Assembly: GCA_964401805.1 (NCBI GenBank)
Contig: CAYNZY010000007.1
Span: 20,982-84,981, forward strand
Reading direction: 5' to 3'
Length of the DNA stretch: 64,000 nt
Origin: an uncultured Rhodohalobacter sp.
Lineage (GTDB): Bacteria > Bacteroidota > Rhodothermia > Balneolales > Balneolaceae
This document shows, one piece after another, positions 33,309 through 44,008 of the stretch. Within the stretch, counting starts at the first letter, position 1; each line of letters begins with the position of its first letter. A program made the translations under genes and the position numbers. Under the pieces are notes generated by a model, which did no database searches, was not told the origin of the DNA, and was given only the letters and a program-made list of their open reading frames with translations.

Positions 33309-34967
33309 TTATTTTCGCTCTTTAAAAAAGGTATGAAGTCTGTCGGTAAAATCAACAGCTACTTCATCAAATATGTCAATATGGTTCCGATTAAAAACCT
33401 CATCTTTAATAAATCTGGAGGCGCTCTTCCAGTCATCTAAAAGTGCAATATCCTCCAGTGACTCCTCGTACGCTTTCTCCGACCCGCTAAATATGCCATT
33501 CACGAAACGTTTTCGCTCATCAGAAATCCATTTCATCAGCTCTTCAGCCGTTGCTTCTGAATTTTCTTCATCATCCTCATCGTAGCTACCGAAGAATGAG
33601 TCAGCCAGCTTGTCAGCCAGCTGCAGTTTTTCAGCTTCTACCGACTTAGCCCTGGAGTCGGCACTATCTTCATCTTCAACAACACGACTCAAATCCTCTC
33701 TTTCAAGAAAAGCCCGCCAGATAGGTACATCCTCCTCATCATCTGTTTCGTTATAAAGTTCGATCGACTCAACTCCGGCATCCTCATCTTCATCCGGCCT
33801 GTCTGTTTCAGCCAGATCCTCTACTTCAGAGTCACTTTTCTCTTTCACCTTTTTCTTTTTAGGGGTATCGTCACCCGAAATTGCCCTCCACTTGCTGAGC
33901 AGGTCGGATTCTAATTTTTCAGGATCTTCATCCTCATCATCAAGTTTCAGAATATCACGCCGTATTTCCCTGGTTGATTCCATCGGATCCGGCTTTTCAA
34001 TTTTACCGCCTTTCTTCTTCTCAGCTATATCCTCTTTTTTATCCAGCTTGAATTTTGAGTGAATCTCTTTTTCAGAATCTTCCTCTTCTTCAGGATGTTC
34101 ATCTCTTCGTTTCCGAAAAGAGTTGAGTATTGAATCCTCATCATCATCTTCATCCTCTTTCCTGTTTTTTGAAGTTTTTGACTCTGTACCTGAAGCTGCC
34201 TCAGAGTTGTTACTTTTAGCATCAGCCGCAACTTCTTCGTCATCCAATAAATGATCCGGGGACGACATTACCTCAATAAACTCTGTTCTATTTAATGATT
34301 TACTAAGCTGATCGAATAATTTTGAAATCTTTTTCCGGCCTTTATCTTCAAAATAAACTCGGAACATGTCGGTATCTACGGAGGGCCCGGCTAAAACAAA
34401 CAGGGGTTCCAGCTCTTTTGCCCAGTCCAGAGAGTTAAAGGAGTGGATCAATTTGTCGTCAATCTGTGCAATAATTTTTTTACACTCAGAGATCTTGAGC
34501 TCGGTTTTGCTCTTCTTCTCCATATATCGAATAAGTGCTGCTGCAAGCGGACGCCCAACTGTTATGTACCGAATTCTTTTTTTCAGTTCTTTAACAGTTA
34601 GCGTTTCATCATTGCCAAATAGAATTTCCGGAATAGCATTGCGGGGTTGCGTAGCAAGCTCTAAAGCATCGGCTACCGCTGTTTCCAACAATGGCGCAGC
34701 GTAAGAGGCGGGCATTCTCACTTCTGCTTTTATCGCCTCAAGGAAGTTTTTCCAGGCAAAACGTACAGAATCACCTTCCATATCGGCCCACTCTGTTTCC
34801 GGTGGATTTACAGATTCGCTCAGATTTTGATGCATTTCCAATATCACCCTCTCCGTGATAAAATGGGGTATATCAAGCACCTGGAGATCTTCCGGTGTGT
34901 AATACTCTCTAAAACGGGGTAACTGAGCTGTCAGCTTCTCTGTGATGTGGCGTACTGTTCGCTCCAT
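33309..34967 (-). CDS. Hypothetical protein: helical N-domain, long acidic linker, small helical C-domain
   Basis: 552-aa ORF with an Asp/Glu/Lys-rich middle and C-terminal FVNGIFSGSEKAYEE motif. Confidence 0.75.
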   Translation of the reverse strand: MERTVRHITEKLTAQLPRFREYYTPEDLQVLDIPHFITERVILEMHQNLSESVNPPETEWADMEGDSVRFAWKNFLEAIKAEVRMPASYAAPLLETAVADALELATQPRNAIPEILFGNDETLTVKELKKRIRYITVGRPLAAALIRYMEKKSKTELKISECKKIIAQIDDKLIHSFNSLDWAKELEPLFVLAGPSVDTDMFRVYFEDKGRKKISKLFDQLSKSLNRTEFIEVMSSPDHLLDDEEVAADAKSNNSEAASGTESKTSKNRKEDEDDDEDSILNSFRKRRDEHPEEEEDSEKEIHSKFKLDKKEDIAEKKKGGKIEKPDPMESTREIRRDILKLDDEDEDPEKLESDLLSKWRAISGDDTPKKKKVKEKSDSEVEDLAETDRPDEDEDAGVESIELYNETDDEEDVPIWRAFLEREDLSRVVEDEDSADSRAKSVEAEKLQLADKLADSFFGSYDEDDEENSEATAEELMKWISDERKRFVNGIFSGSEKAYEESLEDIALLDDWKSASRFIKDEVFNRNHIDIFDEVAVDFTDRLHTFFKERK

Positions 34968-35114
34968 ATCTTTTTATATTTACTCGTTATGCAAACTTTC
35001 TAAGGCTTCTATTATAATAACTTTTCTTCAATTACTTTATGATCAATTTTGCCACAATTTTATTAAAACCCTCTTTTTTCTTCTTTTTGCATCTCTTAAA
35101 ATTTACCTTTCAAC

Positions 35115-35732
35115 ATGATTGAACTTTCTGCAGACAATATTGCAAAAAATTACGGCAAAAAACGTGTGCTAAACGGTATCAGTTTTCGCCATCAAGCTAC
35201 CGTATTGGGAATCGCCGGTTCAAACGGGTCCGGCAAATCCACGCTATTAAAAATCATTTCGGGTTTGCTCAAACCAACTTCCGGAATGATACAGTGGAAG
35301 ATCAACAACGACACGTTGCCACCTAAAGCTATAATTCCACATATCGGTTTTTCAGCACCTTATATTCAACTTTATGAGGAACTGACTGTAAAAGAAAATT
35401 TACGTTTTTTAGTGGAGCTTCAAAAAAACTCCGCTATAGAAGATATTAATGATCTAATGTCCCGTTTCGAAATAAAAAAGCTGCAATATTCACTCTACGG
35501 CAACCTATCCACCGGGCAGCAACAGCGCGTAAAACTGGCTTCTGCTGTAATAAAAAACCCATCTATTCTGATTATGGATGAACCCGGATCCAACCTTGAC
35601 CTGAAGGGAAAATCGCTGATCAAAAATCTGGTTCAAACATTCAGAGATAACGGTAAGATGGTGATTATAGCTTCAAACCTGCAGGACGAACTGAATCTCT
35701 GTGACCATACAATAGACTTAAATAATTTTTAA
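35115..35732 (+). CDS. ABC transporter ATP-binding protein (CcmA-like)
   Basis: GSNGSGKST, LSTGQQQR signature variant, IMDEP. Confidence 0.85.
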   Translation: MIELSADNIAKNYGKKRVLNGISFRHQATVLGIAGSNGSGKSTLLKIISGLLKPTSGMIQWKINNDTLPPKAIIPHIGFSAPYIQLYEELTVKENLRFLVELQKNSAIEDINDLMSRFEIKKLQYSLYGNLSTGQQQRVKLASAVIKNPSILIMDEPGSNLDLKGKSLIKNLVQTFRDNGKMVIIASNLQDELNLCDHTIDLNNF

Positions 35733-35743
35733 ATACGTAAAAC

Positions 35744-36844
35744 ATGTACACTCCTGAAGACAAACAGTTAGCCAAACAACTCCTGAACCACAGCACCGAG
35801 TTAAAAGAAGGAGAAAATGTAATGCTCCAGCTTGTAGGACTGAATGGGATTGGATTAATCAGAGCGCTTACGAATGAGGTTAGGAAAAAAGGAGCGCACC
35901 CTTTCATCAAAATTGAAGATGGTGAGACTAATCGAATTGTGTTGGAAAAGGGTGATGAGGAATTTTGGGCAAATCAAGCCGACGTAGATCAGCTTCCGTT
36001 AATGAAGCAGATGGATGCATTTATTGGTATCCGTGCAGCCGAAAACATCTACGAAAATTCTGATGTGCCAAAAGAAGCCAATCGGGCCTACTCTCAGAAA
36101 TTTTTGAATCCGGTTCATTTCGAGGAGCGTGTCAACAACACACGCTGGGCAGTTTTGAGATATCCATCCGCAGCTTTTGCCATGAACGCCAAAATGCCAA
36201 CTGAGAAATTCAGGGAATTCTACTACGCAGCCTGTCTATTCGATTACAATAAACTGGAGCAGGCGATGAAACCGCTTGAAGATCTCCTGCGAAAAACAGA
36301 TCGAATTGAGCTTAAAGGGGAGGGAACCGATATCAGTTTCTCCGTCAAAGGTCAAAACTGGATTCCCTGCTTTGGGAAACGAAATATTCCGGATGGTGAA
36401 CTTTTCTCATCCCCAATTCTCGATTCAGTAAACGGCCATATCACCTATGCACCGTCTGTCTACCAGGGCAAACCGTTTGAATTTGTGAAACTTGAGGTAG
36501 AAAACGGTGTGGTAACCGATTTTGACTCATCGAATAATTCAGCACTCGAAGAGATTCTTGACACAGACGAAGGCGCAAGACGATTTGGCGAGTTCAGTTT
36601 TGGCCTGAATCCGATCATTAGCGAACCAATGTATGATATTCTGTTTGATGAGAAAATCTACGGTTCAAATCACCTCACCCTTGGCAACGACTACGAAATT
36701 GCACCAAACGGTAATGAGAGCAACATCCATTGGGATTTGGTCTGTATTGGAGCAGATGTATATCTGGATGGTGAGTTAATCCGAAAAGGAAGAGAGTTTG
36801 TGAAAGATGAGTTGAAGGGGTTGAATCCCGATTCTCTGGTCTGA
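35744..36844 (+). CDS. M29 family aminopeptidase (AmpS/AmpT-like)
   Basis: NIPDGELF, TDEGARRFGEF, ILFDEKI, H-x-TLG, SNIHWD. Confidence 0.9.
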   Translation: MYTPEDKQLAKQLLNHSTELKEGENVMLQLVGLNGIGLIRALTNEVRKKGAHPFIKIEDGETNRIVLEKGDEEFWANQADVDQLPLMKQMDAFIGIRAAENIYENSDVPKEANRAYSQKFLNPVHFEERVNNTRWAVLRYPSAAFAMNAKMPTEKFREFYYAACLFDYNKLEQAMKPLEDLLRKTDRIELKGEGTDISFSVKGQNWIPCFGKRNIPDGELFSSPILDSVNGHITYAPSVYQGKPFEFVKLEVENGVVTDFDSSNNSALEEILDTDEGARRFGEFSFGLNPIISEPMYDILFDEKIYGSNHLTLGNDYEIAPNGNESNIHWDLVCIGADVYLDGELIRKGREFVKDELKGLNPDSLV

Positions 36845-36872
36845 ATTTTTGCTGATTACCAACCCTCTCAAA

Positions 36873-36903
36873 AACCTCCAGGTTGCCAAAATTCCCGGAG
36901 GTT
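36873..36903. repeat. REP-like palindrome family B, degenerate copy
   Basis: AACCTCCAGGTTGCCAAAATTCCCGGAGGTT downstream of the aminopeptidase. Confidence 0.5.
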
Positions 36904-37228
36904 ACCCTTGTTACATATATTGCCAGTTAGTACGCTCTGTAAAGACAGACAAACTTACCTCTTTCCATTGTAATACTTGGCAACATCCCACCTGCCTAAA
37001 CCTCAATTCATTGCCCTAAAAATTCATCCCGCCTCAATTAGTTAGCCAATGATTCTATTGAGCATGAACGATTTATCAGATAAATTTCTTATTAAATAGA
37101 TACGGCCTATTTCAATAATTCATTTGAGGCCTGCACGATGAATGTAAGATCTTTCCGGAGCCGTCTCATCTATGCTCTTCTAAGATCTCTTCAATAAAAC
37201 AATTAATCGCAATCAAATCTCACTCCTT

Positions 37229-39982
37229 ATGATACCAAAGCTCTTACAAAACAGTACGTATCGTTTCATTCTAAAGATGACGAGTTGTGTGGCATTACTG
37301 TTTGTGTTTACCGCAGCACAAACATTTGCACAGAGAGGAACTGTAGAAGGTGTCGTATCTGATACTGACAACAATCCTTTGCCAGGCGCAAACGTAGTGT
37401 TGGTCGGTGAAAATATCGGTACTTCTACCAATCCGGATGGTGAATATTCTATAGAAGCAGCAGCCGGAGACTATACTCTACAGGTTAGTTTTTTGGGTTA
37501 TCAGACTTCCAGACAGGACATTACGATTTCTTCCGGGGAAACACTGACCCTAAATGTCACGCTTGAGATAGCTACCGTTGGAGGTGGTGAGGTTGTTGTT
37601 TTAGGTACCCGCCGACAGGGAAGAACGGTAACACAATCGCCTGTCCCCGTAGATGTAATTAGTGCTGAAGAAGTACAAGCAACCGGTTTTACACAGACTA
37701 CAGCCATAATCCGGGCCTTGGTTCCATCGTTTAACTCGCCGGAATCCTCAATAACCGACGGAACAGATCACGTTCGTCCGGCAACACTTCGAGGCTTAGG
37801 ACCTGATCAAACACTGGTCTTAATAAATGGTAAAAGACGACACACGAGTGCCATCCTGCACGTCAATGGATCCGTGGGGCGTGGTGCAACAGGTGTTGAT
37901 CTGAATGCAATTCCGGCAAATATGATAGAACGGATTGAAGTATTGCGTGATGGAGCTGCAGCTCAATATGGATCTGATGCCATTGCAGGCGTTATTAACA
38001 TCGTTTTGAAACAGTCTACAGGTCTGGATGCTTCTTTTTCATACGGACAAAATGTAAGCCAGGAAGAGCGAGGCTATGCTCCAAATCAGGCGCTTCCTGA
38101 AGGTGGATCTACTGCCGGCTTTCAAAGTTCACCATACTATCCCGGACAAGAAGATGTTTGGCACTATGACGGTAAAACCGTAAATCTGCACCTTGGTTAT
38201 GGTTTTGAACTCCCAAATAACGGGCAGCTGTATGTAGCCGGACAATATCGTGATCGTGGAATTACAAACCGATCAGGAATTGACCCAAGACAAAATTATC
38301 CTGAAGTAAATGGTAATCCCGATCCGCGTGAATTAACATTTGATCGCATCAATCACCGTTATGGGGCCGGAGATCTGCTGGATGTTAGCGGATTTTTTAG
38401 TGGAAATATGGAAGTAGCCCCCGATGTTGAACTTTATGCTTTTGGAGGTATAAGCCTCCGCGAAGGTGAAACCGGTGGTTTTTATCGCCGTGCGCTGGAT
38501 GGAAGGAATGTTCCCGAATACTATCCAGACGGATTTTTACCACTTATCACCTCTAACGTTTACGACGGATCGTTTTCTGCAGGAATTAAGGGACGAGCCG
38601 GCGATTGGAGTTACGATCTAAGTCAGGTCTATGGTCATAATTCTATTAATTACGGTGTAACCAACTCTGTAAATACATCTATCGGTGTAGGCAGTCCAAC
38701 AACATTTGAAGCGGGTACACTGGCATTCGATCAGGCGACCACCAATCTGGATTTTGTTAGAACTGCCGACATTGGAACTGCACAGCCGCTGAGTATCGCG
38801 TTAGGTGGCGAGTTCCGCTACGAACTTTACAGAATCATCCGAGGTGAAGCAGAATCGTATGCCGATGGCGGAAATGGCGCGGCTCCCGGTGCACAAGTAT
38901 TTCCGGGTTTTTCACCCAGAAATGAGCAGAATGAAGATCGCTACAGCATTGCAGCTTATGCCGATTTAGAAACAGATGTGATCGATCCATGGACTGTAGG
39001 TTTAGCCGGGCGCTTTGAAAGTTACAGCGATTTTGGAAACACACTGACCGGGAAATTTTCTACCCGTTTCGAAATTGTAGAAGGATTGGCTGTCAGAGGT
39101 GCTGCAAGCACCGGATTCAGAGCACCATCCCTGGCTCAGTCTTACTTCACATCCATCGCAACCGTTTTTATTGATGGCACTCCGTTCGAGGTAGGAACCT
39201 TCCCTGTAAATTCTGCCGCAGCTCAAGCATTGGGAGCCGAATCTCTCGAAGCGGAAACCTCGGTCAACCTTAGTGCCGGTGCCACATTCGAGCGTGGTAA
39301 CTTCTCCTTAACGGCAGATGTTTACAGAATAACAATTGATGATCGCGTAGTTTTCACCGAAAACTTTACCGGTGAGGATCTTGCTGATTTCCTTCAAAAT
39401 CAGGGGATCAATGCTACAGGCGGTCGATATTTCACTAACGCTGTAAACACTGAAACTCAGGGGATAGACATAATTGCAAGATACGGATTTAATATGGCCG
39501 ATAATTCTACTCTTCGTTTTACCCTCGGAATGAACTTTAACGACACCGAGATCACCAACAAAGATGAGATTGATACTCCGGCAGAACTTCAAGGTTTAAC
39601 CGATGTGCCGCTCTTCGGACGTGTTGAAATTGGACGTTTTGAAGTGGGACAACCCAGCAGTAACATTAATTTCATGGCCAATTACGAACGAAATAAATGG
39701 TCAGTTATGCTGCGCGGTGTCCGTTACGGAGAAATTGAAGCCATCCGATCTGACCCGAATGAAGACCAGGTTTATGGTAATGTCTTTACTACGGACCTCG
39801 AGTTCGCGTATAGCATCAGTGATAACGTTCGATTTGCTCTTGGCGGAAACAACATCTTTGATGTTTATCCGGATAAGACATTCCAGGGAAATAGCTTTAA
39901 CGGTATTTTCCAATATTCCGGATTCTCCCCATCCGGTTTTGAAGGACGTTATATCTACTCCAGAATAACGGTGAACATGTAA
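37229..39982 (+). CDS. TonB-dependent receptor with N-terminal carboxypeptidase-regulatory-like domain
   Basis: Signal peptide, PLPGANV...TSTNPDGEY domain, plug LRGLGPDQTLVLINGKRR and IERIEVLRDGAAAQYGSDAIAGVINI, C-terminal NNIFDVYP...GRYIY. Start may be ATG 37277. Confidence 0.93.
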   Translation: MIPKLLQNSTYRFILKMTSCVALLFVFTAAQTFAQRGTVEGVVSDTDNNPLPGANVVLVGENIGTSTNPDGEYSIEAAAGDYTLQVSFLGYQTSRQDITISSGETLTLNVTLEIATVGGGEVVVLGTRRQGRTVTQSPVPVDVISAEEVQATGFTQTTAIIRALVPSFNSPESSITDGTDHVRPATLRGLGPDQTLVLINGKRRHTSAILHVNGSVGRGATGVDLNAIPANMIERIEVLRDGAAAQYGSDAIAGVINIVLKQSTGLDASFSYGQNVSQEERGYAPNQALPEGGSTAGFQSSPYYPGQEDVWHYDGKTVNLHLGYGFELPNNGQLYVAGQYRDRGITNRSGIDPRQNYPEVNGNPDPRELTFDRINHRYGAGDLLDVSGFFSGNMEVAPDVELYAFGGISLREGETGGFYRRALDGRNVPEYYPDGFLPLITSNVYDGSFSAGIKGRAGDWSYDLSQVYGHNSINYGVTNSVNTSIGVGSPTTFEAGTLAFDQATTNLDFVRTADIGTAQPLSIALGGEFRYELYRIIRGEAESYADGGNGAAPGAQVFPGFSPRNEQNEDRYSIAAYADLETDVIDPWTVGLAGRFESYSDFGNTLTGKFSTRFEIVEGLAVRGAASTGFRAPSLAQSYFTSIATVFIDGTPFEVGTFPVNSAAAQALGAESLEAETSVNLSAGATFERGNFSLTADVYRITIDDRVVFTENFTGEDLADFLQNQGINATGGRYFTNAVNTETQGIDIIARYGFNMADNSTLRFTLGMNFNDTEITNKDEIDTPAELQGLTDVPLFGRVEIGRFEVGQPSSNINFMANYERNKWSVMLRGVRYGEIEAIRSDPNEDQVYGNVFTTDLEFAYSISDNVRFALGGNNIFDVYPDKTFQGNSFNGIFQYSGFSPSGFEGRYIYSRITVNM

Positions 39983-40004
39983 ATATTGAATGAACCCGAA
40001 AAAC

Positions 40005-40043
40005 AAAAACCTCCAAGGTTTCAAAAACTTTGGAGGTTTTTTT
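40005..40043 (+). terminator. REP family B copy acting as terminator of the TonB receptor gene
   Basis: AAAAACCTCCAAGGTTTCAAAAACTTTGGAGGTTTTTTT, 22 bp after the stop codon. Confidence 0.75.
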
Positions 40044-40061
40044 ATTGAATTGAATTTCCCG

Positions 40062-40156
40062 CCCCGTCAGCTCGCTTCAAGCGGGTAGACGGGTATAAAA
40101 TCTAAAATATGATGGGGCAATGATTCCGTCTGACCGCGTGGAGCGGTCTGACGGGG
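40062..40156. repeat. Inverted doublet of REP-like palindromes, family C
   Basis: CCCCGTCAGCTCGCTTCAAGCGGGTAGACGGG and, on the minus strand, CCCCGTCAGACCGCTCCACGCGGTCAGACGG, about 30 bp apart. Confidence 0.7.
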
Positions 40157-40161
40157 TTACT

Positions 40162-42798
40162 TTAATCTGCCCATGCTTCGACGTCGTTATACACTTCGGC
40201 AAATTCGAGCCTGCTTCCATCTTTGCTGACGGTTGCCTCAAACTCAATGCCTTTGGTATCATCTTCTCGCTCAATAAGATGCTTGGCTAACTGATTTACG
40301 ATCTGAGTCTGAATGACCCGCTTCAGTGGACGAGCACCGTAAACCGGGTCATATCCACGTGCTGCCAGCCAATCACGAACTTTATCCGTCACGGATAGTT
40401 TAACTTTATTCTTCGCCAGCATTTTCTCAACACGTGTAAGCTGAATATCCACAATTTGTCGGATGTGTCGCTGATCGAGCGGATGGAAAACAACTACGTC
40501 ATCAATCCGGTTCAGAAACTCCGGCCGAATGGTTTTCTTCAACTGCTCAAAGAGCTTGTCCTGCAGCTCGGTGTATGTGGCATCGTCCATTTCGCCGCCA
40601 CTCTTCTCAATCTGGTCGGAAATCAGGTGTGAGCCGATATTGCTGGTCATAATCACAATGGTATTGGTAAAATCGACCGTTACGCCTTTGTTGTCCGTCA
40701 GGCGTCCGTCATCTAATACCTGTAATAAAATATTGAAGGCGTCCGGATGAGCTTTTTCGATCTCATCGAGCAGAACAACCGAATAAGGTTTTCTGCGAAC
40801 GGCTTCTGTCAGCTGACCGCCCTCATCATAGCCCACATAGCCGGGAGGCGCACCGATCAATCGACTTACGCTGTGCTTCTCCATATATTCACTCATGTCG
40901 ATCCGAATCATGGCGTCCTCGTCGTTGAAGAGGAAATCAGCCAGCGAACGGGCAAGCTCCGTTTTACCAACTCCCGTGGATCCGAGAAACATAAATGAAC
41001 CGATCGGACGATTCTCATCCTGCAATCCGGCTCTTGCTCGACGTACCGCATCAGAGACTGCCTCGATGGCCTGGTCTTGGCCAATTACCCGCTTATGAAG
41101 TTCTTCTTCCAGCTTGAGCAATTTTTGGCGTTCACTGGAAAGCATTTTGGTCACCGGAATTCCGGTCCATCGGCTTACAATATCTGCAATCTCTTCGGCT
41201 TCCACCTGCTCTTTCAAAAGTGAGCGGCCTTCTTGAACATCGTCCAGTTTTGCTTTTGTCTCTTCGAGATCTTTCTCAAGCTGAGTAATGGTTCCGTAGC
41301 GCAGTTCAGCCACTTTTTCATACAGTCCTTCACGCTCAGCTTTATCAGCCTGATTGCGAGCCGTTTCTATCGCCTGTTTCAGTTCACGGGTTTTCTGGAT
41401 CAAGCCTTTCTCATGATCCCACTGCGCTCGCATAGACTTCCGTTTCTCTTCCAGATCGGCCAGCTCTTTTTCATTCGATTTCAACTTGGCTTCGTCTTTC
41501 TCACGTTTCAAAGCTTCCCGCTCAATCTCAAGCTGACGAATCTGCCGTTCAATGCTATCCAGCTCTTCCGGCATGGAGTCGATTTGTAACCTCAGTCGTG
41601 ATGCAGCTTCGTCAATCAGGTCAATCGCCTTATCAGGCAAAAACCGGTCGGCGATATATCGGTGAGACAGTTCGGCGGCCGCTACAATTGCAGCATCTGT
41701 AATTCTCACACCGTGGTGAACTTCATATCTTTCCTGAAGTCCGCGCAGAATAGATACGGTATCTTCAATGGACGGTTCACCAATAAATACGGTTTGAAGA
41801 CGACGCTCCAGCGCCTTGTCTTTCTCGATATATTTTCTGTACTCGGTTAGCGTAGTGGCGCCAATTGCGTGCAGCTCGCCACGTGCCAATGACGGTTTTA
41901 GAATGTTAGCAGCATCCATCGATCCTTCCGTAGCACCGGCCCCTACCAGGGTATGAATTTCATCAATAAAGAGAATCAGCTCTCCATCAGAATCCATCAC
42001 CTCTTTGACCACCGCTTTCAGACGCTCCTCAAACTCACCACGGAATTTTGTACCGGCCACCAGGGCTCCCATATCAAGGGCTACAATCTGTTTGGTTTTC
42101 AATCCCTCCGGCACATCACCGCGAACAATTCTCAAGGCAAGTCCTTCGGCAATTGCCGTTTTACCCACACCGGGCTCTCCGATCAGTACCGGATTGTTTT
42201 TGGTTCGCCGCGATAAGATTTGCATGACACGGCGTATCTCCTGATCCCGACCGATCACAGGATCCAATTTATTCTTCTCAGCCAGCTCATTCAGATTACG
42301 GGCATATTTTTTCAATGCCTGGTAACGGCTCTCCGCATTGGGATCATCCACCGTCTGGCTGCCTCTAACATCTTTTAAAATCTGCAGAACCTGATCCTTT
42401 TTCACTCCCTGATCTTTGAGCAGTCCACTTGCTTCGGATGAAGTAACAATCAGTGCAAGCAAAATATGCTCAGAGCTAATATACTCATCACCTAAATCGG
42501 TCGCTTCAGTCTGAGCTTTATCAAATAGTGCTTTTGTATTGTTCGACAGGTACTGCCCTGATACAGAGGCACCCTTCACAACGGGAAATGTTTTAATCTT
42601 CTTCTCAAGCTGCTCCAATAAGGTAGCCACATTCACCCCGATTTTTTTCAAAATCTGGACCGTAACATTTTCAGAGTCACTCAAGAGCGCTTTTAGAATA
42701 TGCGCCGGCTCCACAGCCTGATGATTTGCATTCTGAGCCAATTCAAGTGCGGCCTGAACAGCTTCCTGCGCTTTAATCGTAAATTTATTGAAATTCAT
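40162..42798 (-). CDS. clpB: ATP-dependent chaperone ClpB
   Basis: Clp N-domain, GEPGVGKT and GSTGVGKT Walker A motifs, long M-domain coiled coil (AELRYG), [20 protein letters not shown]. Confidence 0.97.
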   Translation of the reverse strand: MNFNKFTIKAQEAVQAALELAQNANHQAVEPAHILKALLSDSENVTVQILKKIGVNVATLLEQLEKKIKTFPVVKGASVSGQYLSNNTKALFDKAQTEATDLGDEYISSEHILLALIVTSSEASGLLKDQGVKKDQVLQILKDVRGSQTVDDPNAESRYQALKKYARNLNELAEKNKLDPVIGRDQEIRRVMQILSRRTKNNPVLIGEPGVGKTAIAEGLALRIVRGDVPEGLKTKQIVALDMGALVAGTKFRGEFEERLKAVVKEVMDSDGELILFIDEIHTLVGAGATEGSMDAANILKPSLARGELHAIGATTLTEYRKYIEKDKALERRLQTVFIGEPSIEDTVSILRGLQERYEVHHGVRITDAAIVAAAELSHRYIADRFLPDKAIDLIDEAASRLRLQIDSMPEELDSIERQIRQLEIEREALKREKDEAKLKSNEKELADLEEKRKSMRAQWDHEKGLIQKTRELKQAIETARNQADKAEREGLYEKVAELRYGTITQLEKDLEETKAKLDDVQEGRSLLKEQVEAEEIADIVSRWTGIPVTKMLSSERQKLLKLEEELHKRVIGQDQAIEAVSDAVRRARAGLQDENRPIGSFMFLGSTGVGKTELARSLADFLFNDEDAMIRIDMSEYMEKHSVSRLIGAPPGYVGYDEGGQLTEAVRRKPYSVVLLDEIEKAHPDAFNILLQVLDDGRLTDNKGVTVDFTNTIVIMTSNIGSHLISDQIEKSGGEMDDATYTELQDKLFEQLKKTIRPEFLNRIDDVVVFHPLDQRHIRQIVDIQLTRVEKMLAKNKVKLSVTDKVRDWLAARGYDPVYGARPLKRVIQTQIVNQLAKHLIEREDDTKGIEFEATVSKDGSRLEFAEVYNDVEAWAD

Positions 42799-42836
42799 CT
42801 TTGCTCCTATTTAGACTTTCTTTTACTCTACACAGA

Positions 42837-42852
42837 AGCTAAAATCGTACCT
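42837..42852 (-). promoter_or_regulatory. Candidate sigma54 (-24/-12) promoter of clpB
   Basis: Minus strand AGGTACGATTTTAGCT with GG-N10-GC, 38 bp upstream of the start. Confidence 0.55.
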
Positions 42853-43470
42853 GCGGCCAAGAACCTGTCGGAATTGCAGTTCAAGCACTATATGTTAGAT
42901 CAAATCACTGTTTAAGCAATTGTATGGCAGAATTCTTGCGGTCTTTTCTGCCTCAATTACATTTACAAAAGAAACCGACTGCCATTATCGAAACAATAGC
43001 AGCTGAGGGTTACTTTTAAGCCAATTGGAATTGTTTTGATTTAACTACTTCTGAGTTGAAGTAAGCTGATTGGCTTGAGCACCGTTTCTCAGATATTCAA
43101 AAATCCTATCCTGATTCATGTGATACAATTCGAAAATCAGGCTCTCAGGTTCCGGAAATTTTCCGGATTTTTGTAAAAGAAGATCACCAAATTACCTTTG
43201 AAAAAGATCTGCTTTGATGAAGGTTCCTCCGCTATTTTTTTGCGTTGTCCTTTACTTTATCGGATCTGAACCCGGAATAGACAATTAAACAGGCCAAATT
43301 ACTGTTAATAGATAGTATGAAGTACTATTTAAATTCTGAGAATTGACGTTTTAATAAATTAAAAAATTTGATTTTCCACTCTTTTGAGATCAAAGAGCTG
43401 TTTTGTGGTCTATTAGATAACCTGTAGCTTATATAAAAAGCCGTTTTAATTAGAACTTAACCTGAAAAGA

Positions 43471-43998
43471 ATGCACGTTGAATTCAATGAAGTAATGCTC
43501 GAACTATCAAACGGCAATATTGCTGACCAACCGGACTGTGATGCAATTGTGAACGCTGCAAATGCTGAACTGAAAACTGGCGGTGGCGTTGCAGGTGCCA
43601 TTCACAGTGTGGGTGATCCCGAGCTGGAAGAACTCACAAGACCTTTAGCTCCAATTAAACCGGGTGAAGCGGTAATAACAGAAGCCCCTAATCTGCCAAA
43701 TAAGTATGTAATACACTGTTTGGGTCCGGTTTATGGAAAAGACAAACCGGAAGATCAATTACTTTCAAACTGCTATCGAAATGCATTATTACTGGCGGAA
43801 GAAAATGGAATTGAATCGATTGTTTTTCCGGCTATATCTACAGGTGCGTTCGGATATCCAATGAAGGAAGCAGCCCAAATCGCATTTAATACTATAAAGA
43901 AAACGTCAGCGGAGCTTACCAACGTCAAATACATTCGATTTGTACTGTATAATGCGGCCGATTACAATCTCCACCTGAGTGTTTTAAAAGAGTACTGA
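43471..43998 (+). CDS. Macro domain protein (ADP-ribose binding/hydrolase)
   Basis: DAIVNAAN, GGGVAGAIH, VIHCLGP, FPAISTGAFGYP. Confidence 0.93.
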   Translation: MHVEFNEVMLELSNGNIADQPDCDAIVNAANAELKTGGGVAGAIHSVGDPELEELTRPLAPIKPGEAVITEAPNLPNKYVIHCLGPVYGKDKPEDQLLSNCYRNALLLAEENGIESIVFPAISTGAFGYPMKEAAQIAFNTIKKTSAELTNVKYIRFVLYNAADYNLHLSVLKEY

Positions 43999-44008
43999 TG
44001 AACGACTA

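Noticed and set aside
36905-37228. Riboswitch (cobalamin, TPP, SAM) upstream of the TonB receptor
   Set aside because: I could not find the conserved cores of these riboswitches by eye. An Infernal/Rfam scan would be decisive.
40529-42915. Series of short + strand ORFs opposite clpB, and similar short ORFs inside gltB, pgk, pccB and others
   Set aside because: Antisense or alternative-frame shadows of conserved genes with no independent evidence.
43061-43088. GTAAG-N17-CGTTTC as a further ECF promoter
   Set aside because: The -10 deviates from the other five and the site is ~380 bp from the next gene; insufficient support.
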